DNA from: Mobula hypostoma
Taxonomy: Eukaryota
NCBI RefSeq assembly: GCF_963921235.1
Contig: NC_086097.1
Location: 49,292,001-49,356,000 of the forward strand
Length of the DNA: 64,000 nucleotides
Direction of reading: 5' to 3'
In this document: positions 37,699-50,647 of the stretch, piece by piece
How the letters are laid out: the number at the start of each line of letters is the position of its first letter
Position numbering within the stretch: position 1 is the stretch's first letter
Notes under the pieces: generated by a model
What the model was told of the DNA's origin: nothing
The model's input: the letters and a program-made list of their open reading frames with translations, nothing else
Databases searched by the model: none
Program-made: the position numbers and the translations under genes

Positions 37699-38859
37699 AA
37701 TCAAAAGTAAAACATGGGAGACCGGGAGAACGTGTACATTTAGTTTCCTTACTTTAGTGAGGTGTGCTCATATGATGTGGTGGCATAATGACACATGCCA
37801 TTTACATACTTTTATATAAAACCCATAATGAATTATTTAAATAAACAAACCATATATTTACAATATCACTGCAATATTAAATACTCAACAGTTTATACCT
37901 CAACATTCTATTTCTATCTAATTGGTCTTGACATAATAATTGAATATTGAGGACTCCCTTGATCAATATTTTATGGTTTCTATAGATGTTGTTCCATTGA
38001 TCAGAAAACTATACAGCAATTACCCCATTCAGAAGATGTTAAGTGTAGGCCTTCCAGTTGGATTTCCCCAGAGCAGGATAGGACTTGAACAGGCTCTTAT
38101 CTTGGAGCCTTCATTCAGAATATCAAGCCCTGGAATATGGAGCTGGTAAATCGGTGTTGACAAGCTCTTATGGGCCGCTTATATACAAATTTGATCAATG
38201 TCTCAGCATATCATGAATCCCAATGTAAGGATGAAGAACAAATCTCCCTCAATAAGATAAATAATCAACAGCTTTGTGACCAACATTTGCAACCCAAAAT
38301 ACAACTTGGAAATTTCCATGAAGAATGAGATAGCCAACTAAACAAAACTGTCATCCCCTGAAAGACAGCACCCATCAAATTTCATAAATTGGCAATTATT
38401 AATATTCATACTACACCCAATTAATCACTTTGTAGAACTCTATCAAGCCTTGAATTGCCATTCTACATGTTGGAGAGTTCAACCTTCATCACATGGAATA
38501 GGCAAATGACATCTGTGTATCACACCAATTCAATTGATACCATGATGAAACCACAGAGGGATTTATGCACAAAGGCAAACCCAACTCTTCCCACCTAGTG
38601 AAACTTAAAATAATTCTTTTTTTTAATGTGAGGACTCCAAGAAAACTTGTGGAAATAGATATAGTTCTTGTAAGGTAAAACATTGCATCAGCTTGGATGA
38701 AAGTTGGAATTAACATTTAATTTCTGACCCCAAAATGCAGTCTCCACATTTTGACCATTTGTGAAAAACAGATTCAGGAGCAGTTCAGAAACAGGTATAT
38801 CTGTTCCAATACATACTGCAGGAATAGTATTTTAGGAATTCTGCAAAATGTAATAGTTT

Positions 38860-39325
38860 AAAGTTCAAAACTGCGAAGTAAATTTATTATCGAAGTACAT
38901 ATATGTCACCATATGCACTTCAATGAAAGACCGCACCAACTTTGATGTTCAAGCAGTGTGCAAAGTACAATAAACTGTGCAAACACAAAAAGAAAGAAAG
39001 AATAATAATAAATAAATAAGTGATAAATATCGAGAACATGAGATGAAGAGTCCTTGGAAGTGAGTCCATAGATTGTCGGAACAGTTCAGTGGTGCGGTAG
39101 GTGAAGTTGAGTGAAGTTAACCCCTTTGGTTCAAGAGCCTGATGATTGAAGGGTAATATCTGTCCCTGAACCTGGTGGTGTGAATCCTGAGGCTCTTTCA
39201 CCTTCATCCAGATTGCAGTAGTGAGAACAGAGCATGCCCTGGGTGGCGGGGGTCCCTGAGGATGGATGCTGCTTTCCTGCGACAGCGTTTCCTGTAGATG
39301 TGCTCCAAGACAATTGATGTGGTCC
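38860..39325 (-). mobile_element. Rex1-like LINE 3' fragment
   Basis: Reverse complement of the 36748 and 40650 family. Confidence 0.75.
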
Positions 39326-40644
39326 ATACCGTTTCCTTCTTCACAAATTTGACTGACATTGCAGTGATATATTCCTTTTCCCCATCAGCATTTGACTGGT
39401 TATCTAACCCCGATTATATTTGTTGATTCAAGCCATCTAAATGAAAGCTTTCCTTTTGCAAAAAGAAAAATGCAGCGGATTAACTGACAATTTTCATTGC
39501 ACTTGTAAATTCCATTTTGAACATGTTCATACATCTGTGTACCTTGCAGTTTTTAACAGAGTCTTTGAAATGACCTCATGATATCTTAGGCTTTGTGTTG
39601 GTCTTTACTTCCCATGTAAACAATGTTGTACTCAAACAAATTTCACTCTAAAATAATGAATTAAACAGGTTGATATTGGAAAAAAAAACTGCCTATAAAG
39701 AAAGAGTTGCAGTACTTTTCACTGAAGTCAAATCAAAATGTTCCTCGTTTTACACAAGTATATATATTTTGAATGCTATCTTGTAAAAGAACATGTTATT
39801 TGTAACTCAGATAAAGCTAGTGTGAAAAATGCACTCTCTGTGAAGGGACAAAGGTTTTATAATTGCAGAGTTCCCACTGAGCAGCCTGCAGACGGCAGAT
39901 TGCCGCATTCCTCAGCATTAAACAAACCAATCTGTACCCCTGGAATCTGGTAGAGCTTCGTGCAGACATGCAGTCCTTGTTAACGTTATTTCTCTTTGCT
40001 CCATGCTGGTACCCTCTCAGACACAGTGGTGCATTTTCAGCCTATCATATTAGTACAAATGAGCATAATGGGAGAACATGGTTCTGATTTTCTTGTAAAA
40101 TGCTAGCAATGTCATGCGGAACAGTGGGTATTTCTCTACACTCGCTGGACAGCTCTGGACTTTTGCATCAGAACGTGATTGTGTTTATCTTGGGTTTCCT
40201 GAGTGGTTTCTGCAGGCTCTTTCCTGACATTCCTCTGAGACTGGAGTCCAATGTCACACTCAAAATTCACACAATTCCCAGCCATTATGTATGGAAATTG
40301 TAGCCCCCAGAGATGTTGTGAGGTGATAACCTAATCAAACTATGCACTACATAACACACTGTCTTAAATATTTGATCGAAATTTTGGAAAAATAAATTTG
40401 CTTTCATGAAGTGCATTAGACAGGTTAACTAACCTTAATCTGGATTTATGTTGTTATTCCTTTTCAGCAGTATGAAATAATTATGGCAGTTTAGACTTGG
40501 CACAGGAACAAAGAAGAGGCACGGTTGGGAGGCAGCCAGGCAACTTTCAAGGTAATTTATATCTTTTTTACTGAATTAAATAATCTTCCCCTCCCCCCCC
40601 CTTTGTATTTCTGTATGGAAATACCAATGCCCTTGAACAGAAAA

Positions 40645-41183
40645 TCCTACAAAAAACAGATACAGCCCAGTCCATCACAGGCAGACCCCTCCCCTCCACT
40701 GAGCACATCAATACAGAACACTGTCGCAGGAAAGCAGTATCCTTCATCAGGGACCTCCACCACCAATGTTATGTTATGTTCTCACGGCTGCCATCAGGAT
40801 GAAGGTACAGAACCCTCAGGATTCACACTATCAGATTCAGGAACAGTAATTACCCCTCAACCATCAGGCTCTTGAACTAGTGGGGATAATTTCACTTGTC
40901 CCATCACTGAACTGCTCCCACAACCTATGGACTCACTTTCAAGGACTCTTCATCTCATGTTCTCGATATTTATTGCTTATTTATTATTATTATCTTCTCT
41001 TTGGAATTTGCACAGTTTGTTGTCTTCTGCACATTGGTTGTTTATCTGTCCTGTTGGGTGCGGTCTTTTATTGATTCTATTATGGTTCATAGATTTACTG
41101 AGTATACCCACAAGAAAATGAATCTCAGGATTGTATATGGTGATATACATGTACTTTGATAATAAATTTACTCTGAACTTTGA
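40645..41183 (+). mobile_element. Rex1-like LINE 3' fragment
   Basis: Same family; tail AATAAATTTACTCTGAACTTTGA. Confidence 0.78.
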
Positions 41184-43174
41184 ATTGGCTTAACTTTTCC
41201 TGTTAACTTCATTTTAGTTAGATGATTTGTAAAAAGCTGCTTGTGAATGAGGTGTTTGTAAATGTCAGAGTCCTTATTAAGACTGAGAGCATGATTTTTC
41301 TGCCGGACAAATGTTTCTATCCAAGGTCTTGTCAGCCACATTAGAGCCAGTTCCTTCATTTAGCCCTGTCAGATTACCTGTTCCAGGTAGAAACAGACCT
41401 GATGGGCAACGGGGAGCAATGAATAACCATGCCTCACTGCTTGCAGGAAGTTCAGAGAAAATGAAAAATTCATGATAATCCTGATAATGATCATCCTGTC
41501 AACCAGATTTATCTCTTAGAGTTTACCTGCTTTAATAAATTAACCGAATTAGTCAGAGATCATATTATATTGTGACTAACAAAATTAAAAAGGACTTTTA
41601 AAATTATTTTAGTTTCAGGATATATTTTTGAACCTGAAAAATCACCCATCATTAAAATTGAACCAAATATGTTAATTTTGATATATCTTTGAAAATATGA
41701 TGACAAAATTATTCTATTCAGATCTGCTAAGTAAAAGAGACAAGCGTTTTTTGAGAAGTTTTATCTCAAGAGTGCTGCTAGTTTACAAACCCAGATGTGG
41801 GCTGAAGACACTGCCACGTGTTCTGCACCAGAAGCCTTCACAACTTGTGCACGATCTCCATCTACTGCCTGGCAAGCAGCATTGTTCTTAAGCAATCATT
41901 TTGTTCTTAAATGGTTCAAAATAAATTTATTATCAAAGTATATATATATGTCACCATATATAACCCCAAGTTTCATGTCTTTCTGGGCATACTCAATAAA
42001 TATATGGAATAATAACCATAACAGAATCAACTTGGGCATTCAACCAGGGCTGATGTCAAACAATATTATCCCAAATTAGTTTTTTTTAATGCCCAAAGAG
42101 ACTGAGGCATTCAGACATTGATCTTTATCTGTGCAATTAAAGTATCAACATCATGAAGATAATCCATATTGCACTAAAGTTTTCTTAAACTATAACATTA
42201 AACAACAAAAAACAGCAATCTCACCAAAAAAGACCAATCTATTTAACCACAGTTGTTATGTTGGAACTTAACGCTAGCAAGTATGCAACAAAATACAGGA
42301 GAACCACAAGTTATAGAAGTCCTGACATTCGAAAGAGTTTTTCAAGATAGTAATAATAAAATGTTTCCTGATACAACTGGATATTGTATACATTTCTTAG
42401 GTTAAATTATGGGTAGTGTTAGGTTCAGTACTTCAATGGAGTTAAGGTGTTGTGGCAAGCATATGGAGAGAGATGCATTAAGGGCTTCAAGAGAAAAAGC
42501 ATGTTCCTAACACAGACAATTCTCAGGAAGAGAACTATTATGTAACCTTCAACTGCTCATTTCCTTTTGAATAAAATTATAGCAGCAGAAAATTCTATTC
42601 TTCAAAATACGCAGTTCTCTCAAATCACATTGACTTCAACAAAAATTCCTTTGTTGATTTGAGGTGAGGGCCTTGTGATATCAAATAGCATGTTTGAGAA
42701 CACACAAGATAATGGAATCTCCATTCCGCACATCAATTTCCATCGGACAGATGTTCCTTATTCAATATGGCTGTACCCAACTCTTAATAATTTACCTCTA
42801 GCCGTACAATTTATTGTGCCTCAAACAAATAGTAAATTTCAATTTTAAAAAAACTTTATAAGTTCATTTAAGTCAGTAATAAGAAAAATGAAACGCCAAG
42901 GCTTCAGTACAGAAGACTATGGGGGAACTACTTGTCACATTCACCAATTATAACCAATTAGTTCTATCACCCAGCTGTCTAAGAACTGATGCCATAAGGT
43001 TTGCTCCATTTGAAGAACTATTATTTTTGGTTACGTTCTAACATGCAGAACTTTATTGAACAGCATTTAGAGATCCACATAAACAGAATCATTTAAACAC
43101 TCCCTCTTCCACATACAGTATTATCAAGTTCAATTGAACGCACTTCAATAATGACCAAAACTGTTGCACATATT

Positions 43175-43520
43175 CAGTAGGTCAGGCAGCATCTATCAAG
43201 GTAGAAAAAGAGAGAGGGTGTAGCGAACAAAGGGAATGGTCAATAGGGTGGAGATCAAAGAAGACTAACTGACCCTGCCAGCTAGGGTGCCCCCTAGAGG
43301 GTAATGAGTGCTTGTTCAGCCTAAATAATCTGCCTGCAGGAAATAAATTCAAGCAATGGAAGAGAAAGAAATAGAAAAGGAAATAAAAACACTGCTGGAA
43401 CTGCAACACACACATCAAAGAACTCAAACACTGCAAATGATGAAAATCTGAAACAAAAACAGTGAATACCAGAAATGGTCACCAGGCTCAGGCAGCATCT
43501 ATGGAAAGAGAAGCAACAGC
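43175..43520 (-). mobile_element. Two very degenerate Penelope 3'-terminus remnants
   Basis: CAGGCAGCATCTAT at ~43183 and ~43489; CTGCAAATGATGAAAATCTGAAACAAAAACAG at ~43431. Confidence 0.5.
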
Positions 43521-44204
43521 GAGAATTAATCAGGGATAAGTCTTATCATTAGAGAACTTCGTCTTTAGGAGTGGACATCTGAAGTTCTAAAATGAGATTG
43601 TGTCATGCATGTCATCTGCAACACCGGTAATGCCTAAGATACATTTTCCCAAGGTACTTCATAATCTAGGTTGGAACTTGTAAGATCGTTTCTAGTAAGA
43701 AACACCACTGATGAAGCAAACAACTAAACCTTCTTCTTTCTCATTGTGCTCTGGATATTCAAATATGGCAAAACACAAATCTAGACCCTTTATAATTACT
43801 TCTGCTGAGGACTGAGCTAAACATATTTCCACTTTTTGTATCAGAGTGTTTATTGCATGCAATCACCTGTGGAGAAGAAGAACCATTCATAATTAAATAT
43901 TTAAAGGTGGTCTGTTGCCCTGAAGATTATGAGGTGTCAAGTGTATCTCATACATAATACACCCAATTGCATTTAACAAACATTGGCACAATTTCACTGT
44001 GTAAGGGAGGATATTTGAAATACTTTGTAACATTATTTCCAGAATATTTTTTGTAATCTCTTAAAATGCCCCTGACTCTTGTTTGATTTTATGTGCTTAC
44101 TGTAACCTAACAATAAAAGACTTGGGGACTTAAAGTATTAACTGAAATGAACAGTCTGCATAAACATGCCTTGAATTTGATTGAACCTTCAAGTTCGAAG
44201 CATT

Positions 44205-44472
44205 AGTGAAAGAAATTGAAAGCTTCTTTTCACACAAGGTGAAGCAGAAATGGGGAATTCTATCCCTTAAAAAGCCTATGAGTGTCAAGTGAATTGAAAT
44301 TTTCAGGACTGAGATGGATAGATTTTCTAAACTGAGATGGATTGGTTTTTATTAGGATATCAAGGGATATGGAGCAAAGTCTTGCATGGCATTGATGTAC
44401 AGATCAGCCATGATCTAATTGAATTACAGAACAGGCTCAAGGGGATGGATAGCGTACATCTGTTCCTGTGTA
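44205..44472 (+). mobile_element. CR1 3' fragment
   Basis: TTCTTTTCACACAAGGT..TTCAGGACTGAGATGGATAGATT..GATCAGCCATGATCT..CCTGT. Confidence 0.7.
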
Positions 44473-47400
44473 ACCAACATCCCATTTTGCTGCCTGTTTC
44501 AATGCGGGAAAGGTGCAAGCCTTTAATGTAAACTGTTGTTATTGTAGGAGAAATTCACCAGAGAAAGCCATTATTACTGATTTTAACTTAGATCTGAAAT
44601 GTATGAAGTTGTGCAAACCATTCCCTTGCACCAAGACTAGAACACAATCCACAAAACTAGTTGACAAAATTCTCCAAAGATGATAAGACAATTCCTTCTC
44701 CCATACTGATTCATGTGTCAACCAGCCAAATCAGGGGACCACAGCGGCATTGCAAAGTAACTCAGTAAAAGAAAAGTAAGAGAAATGACTTCACACCATC
44801 CAAGTCTTTTCAAAATCTGTGAATATTCAAACAGCAACATTTCTAAAGTTTAGAAATGACCACCATCATAACATCCAAACTCTGTCAGTTAGAAGCAGGA
44901 AATTATAATGGAGTGTGACTTGATTAAGTGAATGGGGAACAATTGATAGACAGGATTAAAAGATGCAAGATGATATTCGCTCAGATTTCTGAGAGGCACA
45001 ACAACCCGGCCTCTTTGCATGTGGCACCTTCTCATCAAACAGAAGATGAAATTGAAGAGAAAATGTGTTTTATTGCATTAAAAAGAAATGATTTTTTTAT
45101 CACTGGAAAAAGGTGAAGATTGTGGAGTAGTCTCTCATCCAGGGAGTTACCTTTCTCATGTACATATCTGCAATTTCAGAAAGTTATCTAATCATGATTA
45201 GCAATTAATGATCAGAAATGAGTCACTAGCAGCTGTAATTTGTAGCTGCCCTCAAACAAAATCAATTAATTTTGCATAATTGTAGTTCAAACTTGAAATC
45301 CACACAGTTCAGAGCTATTTGTTTAATTTTAGTGCTAAATCATTAGAAGCAATTTAGTTTTAATAATGCAACTGAAGACACCAGCTGCAGTATAAACCGA
45401 AACTGAACACCGCTCTTATGTCTTAAATCTTTGCATTGTCAGCAAGTGCTAAACTTACGGCATCTCCAAGGCAGAAATCAAGCAGACCCTAAATATACTT
45501 AACATCAAACCCAAAGCTTTTGTTATTTCACTGATTAAAAATCAATAATATATCAAATTTAAAACATTTTAACAAATAAGTAAGACATCCAGGGCAATAG
45601 TGGCTGTGCAATTAAATACCTGAAAGTCCCGACTGCAAAACAAGTGAACAAGTTGCTCAGTCTTGACATTTGTTGAAGGATTAAGGTGAATCTGATTTAT
45701 CCATTGTACATTCAACGTTTCACACATTCCTACGACATGAATATGAAATAGTGGTGTAAAAAGCAGTCAATTTGCAATGGCTGTAAACTCACAATAAAAG
45801 AATTGACACTTCAACAGAGAAGCTAGCATTTGCAGCTCTAGCTTCCAAGGCTATATTTCACTTTCATTTTATTTCAAAAATTCTGCTGACTTTTACAAAT
45901 ACAATTATCAAACAATAGAATTTCCAAGGTCATAAATGTTTCGGGAAAGGTTATGGTGCTCCTTCATGGAAAAATCAGCACAAAAATCTCAACTTAATTT
46001 GCATATCTTCTCTACATTTTAATGGCATTGGTTGCATCACTGGGTTTATTTTTCTCATGAGTATCTTGGAATTTACTGCAACACTCAGAAATCATGGGCT
46101 TTCTCCCGGAGTTCTGAATTAAATATGCCTGCTTTGTAACTTCGTACGGTATAAAGAAGTTAAAATTTTAGCATCGGACTCAGAGTAATGCACTTATGAG
46201 CATGGAAATTCCTTTACTAACACAGCAGCAGGTAAAAACGAAATAGAAGAAGCTGAATTTCCTGAAAGCTTCCCCTGTAACTAGATTTGTACTGCACCAC
46301 TGAGGAGAGTACACAGTGAAGTTCAGCAAGGATTAATCACGGTTGATAGAGAGCTATGGAGATATAGGCTTTGGAATGCTTTACCTGGCACAAATATTGT
46401 GTACTTCTGTTCTGCAATATTTCATACTTCTTGATGGATGAATGTTAACCAAAACACTGGCAGAATTCCCAAAATGCAAGATCAAAATTCAAGTGCCGTG
46501 CAACTCATTTTATGAATAGAGTAAAAACAGTGAAATTGCAATTTTTAATACAAAAGATTTAAAACATTTAAAGCAACTATTGCGTTATTAGATACAATTA
46601 ATAAACACATTTGATTATTATATTACAGTTAGGTAACTCTCAATGAAACAGTTCTCTCTATTGTTGGTCATTCTAATGTCATAATAATAAAGTTGCATTT
46701 TTGACATTTGTAATTTAAACTCCTTTTACACATATTGAGAATAACCTCAGAGGTGGCATTAATTTCCATTAATTGAGATCCATTTTAAGGAGCAGTTTAC
46801 AGCTTTGCACAAATTTTTATTCACCAACAGGGTCTTAGACCCAAATTAAATCACTTTGATCTTGGTGTGTAGCAGACTTTCCTTGAGGTTAATGTGTAAA
46901 TATCATTAACAAAATTATATTAGCAGAATCTGCAAAGGTTTTGCCCTTTCTCTATAATCAAATCTGACTCAGTTTCAATTCTGAAGTAATATGACAGACA
47001 ATGATCTGGTAATAACATTTTTCAAAAGTAGAGTTAATCTTTCATATTGATAGGCTTTAGGATTGAAGTTTAATATACTGTTACATATTAATTAAAAACT
47101 TGGAAGGTTACATGGTAGCTTAATTTTAAGAAGAGTAAGCACACAGTACTATATATAAAGCCATCAATGTTCTCAGCACGGATTGATACTCTGCACCAGC
47201 TAGAGTTTACTGCTGTGCGATTATTGCTTTCCTGTTGAGCAAAATCTGTTTTACAAACATTTCCTTTGTTTAAATTTTTTTTAAACCTAAATGACCATGA
47301 GGTGACAAAATATTGATGGCTATGTGTATTATTTAAAATCAAAGGGAAAAGGTGTTATCCCACATGACTATTCTGTATGAAATAACTAGGTTAAATAGTC

Positions 47401-47635
47401 ATCAGTCATCGCATTGAGATGTTACTTGTACAAGAGTGCCACTTAAAATGTCACAAAGTGACAATTCCCTTAAGAAATCATCTGCCAGCAAATTTTCTAA
47501 TCCTGCTCGATACATGACTGCCCTCGTGTGGCTATCTACAGTATATTAGCATGAGGTCTTCCAGTGATTAAAATGATCATTGGGTAGCAAAAAGAACATT
47601 ATTAGTAGGATAAAGTAATTAAAGAAATAAATATT

Positions 47636-47638
47636 ATT

Positions 47639-47669
<31 letters not shown>

Positions 47670-47670
47670 A
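47636..47670. repeat. (TA)n microsatellite
   Basis: Direct inspection. Confidence 0.9.
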
Positions 47671-47879
47671 AAAACTGAAAAACTTCCCCAAACTGAATTA
47701 AAAATAAATCTAAGATAGCCTTATTTTAAGCATGCAATGCAACAACAGCTGCAATTTCCCAAAATTTGGCTGCAATGAAGTTAATTTCAGAAATGAATTG
47801 GTCACTCTGTGGACATGGTGCAAGTATCTGGAGGAATTTGTACTTCAGCTTTTTTAAGTGATGTTAATCAGCAAAGTTC

Positions 47880-48970
47880 CCTGTTACAATTATCCTCAAT
47901 ATCTGCACCCCACTAGGCTGTATCCTTAACCCCTTATTTTATTTCTTATACACTCATGACTATGTGGCCAAATTCTGCTCCAACTTCTTTTACAAGTATG
48001 CAAATGATACCACCATACTGGGCAGCATCTCAAAATGATAACATGGACTACAGGAAGGAGGGAGCCCTCATGAGAAACGCCAAAATGTCTTTCCCTCAAA
48101 AATCAGGAAAATGAAACAGTGGGTCATTGACTTCAGGAAGCAGAGCATCCACACATGTTTCTTCACCATCTGTGGAGATGATTGGTACTTTGTAAGTGTA
48201 AGATAATCACCTGTATGGACTCTATGGCCAAGAAAGATCACCAGCACCTCTATTTCCTCAGAAGACTAAGGAATTTCTGCATGCCCCCAAAGACTGTAAA
48301 CATTTTTACAATGCACCATAGAAATCATGCTATATGAATGCACCACAACTTGGTATAGCAACTGCTCTGTCAAGACTGTAAGAAATTGCAGAGTTGTGAA
48401 CGCAACCAGACCATCATGCAAACCAGCTCTCCTCCAATAACTCATTCTATACTTGCTACCTTGGAAAGCAGCCAGCATAATCAAGGACCTTTCCTATCCT
48501 GATCATTGTCCCTTCTACACCTTCAAAACCCTACAAAAAGTAGTGCATACAGACCAGTTCAACATGAGTAAAGCCTTCCCCACCTTTGAGCACACTGAAA
48601 CAAATTTCACCTAATATGCTGGTGATATTAAACCTGCTCCAGATTTACAAGCCCTGCTGCAGGAAAGTGGCATCCGTTATCATGAACCCCCAACGTCCAG
48701 GCTATGCTCTTTTCTCACTGCTGCCATCAGTCCCCAGGAGCCTCAAGTCCCCATCACCAGGTTCAGTAGCAGTTATTACCCCCACGCCATCAGGGGATAA
48801 CTTCACTCAGCCCAACACTAAATTGATTCCACAACCTATGGAGTCACTTTTAAGAACTCTACAACTCGCTTTCTTGATAGTTATTGCTGATTCATCTGTT
48901 TTCTTTTTTTGTGTTTGCACAGCTTGCCCTTTGCAAATAGACTGCTTTTCCACCTTTGTCATGTGCTGTT
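47880..48970 (+). mobile_element. Degenerate Rex1-like LINE fragments (RT to 3' end)
   Basis: GCILNP.LFLIHS-like and KYAND (KFADD) remnants at 47915-48010; CAGCACCTCTATTTCCTCAGAAGACT; second 3' fragment from ~48530. Confidence 0.68.
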
Positions 48971-49005
48971 TCGTCATTGAAAAAGAATCCAGGGAACTGT
49001 GAGTA

Positions 49006-50500
49006 CAGTGGATTCCAGTTAATTTGGGACACACTGGGATCAGTACATTTTGGCCTAATTAAGCAGCTATCCCAATTAGCTGAAGTTTCATGGGAATAAT
49101 TAAAAAGGTATAAAAAACACAAACTGAGCAACAAATTATGTATTTAAATAAAATACAGAACAAATTACAACACTACCAATACTAATACAGTATTATAAAA
49201 CTGTATTATTTCCTAATACCTATCGACAGGGCAATTCATCTGAGTCACTGTGTAGCCCTTAAGGCATTTATTTGACTTTGTTGGGTCTACGCTTTAAATG
49301 ATTTGTTTGTAACTATTTTCTAGTTAAAGTTAAAGGTGGATAATTAAGTTACAGTATAACGAAGGTAAATCCATTGTCTATGGTATATCGTGGCATGTGA
49401 TGACGTCACCTCTGGTTTCGCCGCGTCTTATGTGTAACCTCCAGTTCGGAGAAGGTGTGAGGGTGGGTGCCATGCGTGCAGCATGATCGTGAAGAGCTCC
49501 GTTTCTACCCACAAAGAAACGTTATAGAAGCAACGCCATAAGTTCCTATGAAAGTATTTGAAGTAAAAATATTAACACTGTTTCTGTTAAGGAAGCAACG
49601 GTTGGGGCAGCACGCATGCCGGGTTTTCAATTTCAAACACGGGGTCGGCTCGAGCCCGGTGGCGGTTTGACGCGACCCCCTCACCCGCTATTCGGGGCAG
49701 CTGGAGACACTCGCTAAAAGAAGAGAGTGTGCACGGTCTCCAGAATGAAACAGACGCTGTATATGTCTGTATTTTTTTTATCAACAGTTTTCACCATACG
49801 ATGTTAATGTGGAAGAGTGAACAGTAAATGGTTAAACTTACAATGACTCTGTCTTCATTGGCTCCAGTTTAACTTGGTGTTTAGTCAGAGTTTCAACACA
49901 CTGCACAAGAACACTACAGTCACATACTTTTGACCGTAAATGAACAACACCAACACAGACATATAGGGCAGATAATGGGCTGCCTTCATACAATGTTATC
50001 AATGATTGCATCCTTCAAATTTTCATTTGTATTGTAACATTCAAGATCACTGTTGATGCCTTCAAGTTCTTTGTAGTTCATATCTTGTTGAAGTAGTGAA
50101 ATTGTTTCGTTTTTACTCCCTGCTATTTCTGACATCTCCAAGCCGCCATGTTTGAAACCGCAGTGAGCAAAACAGTTCAGAATTTTCTTTCTGCTTATTT
50201 CTCACCAACTATCAGTAACAAAAATTGCTGCTTTAAGAACGCAAACACATGCAATTGTCACTACTTAAAAATTGTTCACTCGAACCATGGTGTAGTGTCA
50301 AATGGCCATGCAAGTGCACTCAACTGACACTAGTTAGAAACTGTTTGGCAACCGTTTCCTGTTCTTATTAAGCAGAATAGTGTTCCAAATAAATAAAGGG
50401 AATCCCGGCTATTTTCTCAATTAGTTTTTGTTCATTAAGAATTGTCCCAAATAAGTGGCTGCCCCAAGTAAATGATGGCCCAAATAACTGGAATCCACTG
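49006..50500. mobile_element. Tigger/pogo-like non-autonomous DNA transposon
   Basis: TIR CAGTGGATTCCAGTTA.. / ..TAACTGGAATCCACTG; TA TSD; subterminal CCCAATTA/CCCAAATAA repeats. Confidence 0.85.
49249..49918. mobile_element. Solo LTR nested in the MITE
   Basis: TG..TAG...CTACA termini; 5-bp TSD GTCAC at 49244-49248 and 49919-49923; CpG-rich core. Confidence 0.75.
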
Positions 50501-50647
50501 TATTCATTTCTTGGGGTTTAAAATTCAGTAAGTTGAGGACAAAGGGTGATGAGGATCAGAAGAAGCCAAAAGTCATTGAAGTGAAATGAAGGGGGAATGA
50601 AGATAAGGCAAAGACGAAGCTCATCTTGCTCTTTTCATCCTGTATGG

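Larger units (their letters stand above)
24108..37890 (-). mobile_element. Ty3/Gypsy element split by a ~10.7-kb nest of later insertions (3' LTR ~24108-24335; internal 35075-36745; 5' LTR remnant ~37700-37890)
   Basis: LTR copies share GGAGAACGTGTACA..TTACTTTAGTGAGGTGTG; RT SPWATPVLPV..GDLKITI and RNase H ERPTAFASRSLTTAEKNY; colinear with the 13379 copy across the gap. Confidence 0.8.

Noticed and set aside
40468..40551. Candidate plus-strand 84-bp exon (TTTTCAG ... AG/GTAATT)
   Set aside because: Stops in all three frames; no partner exons found.
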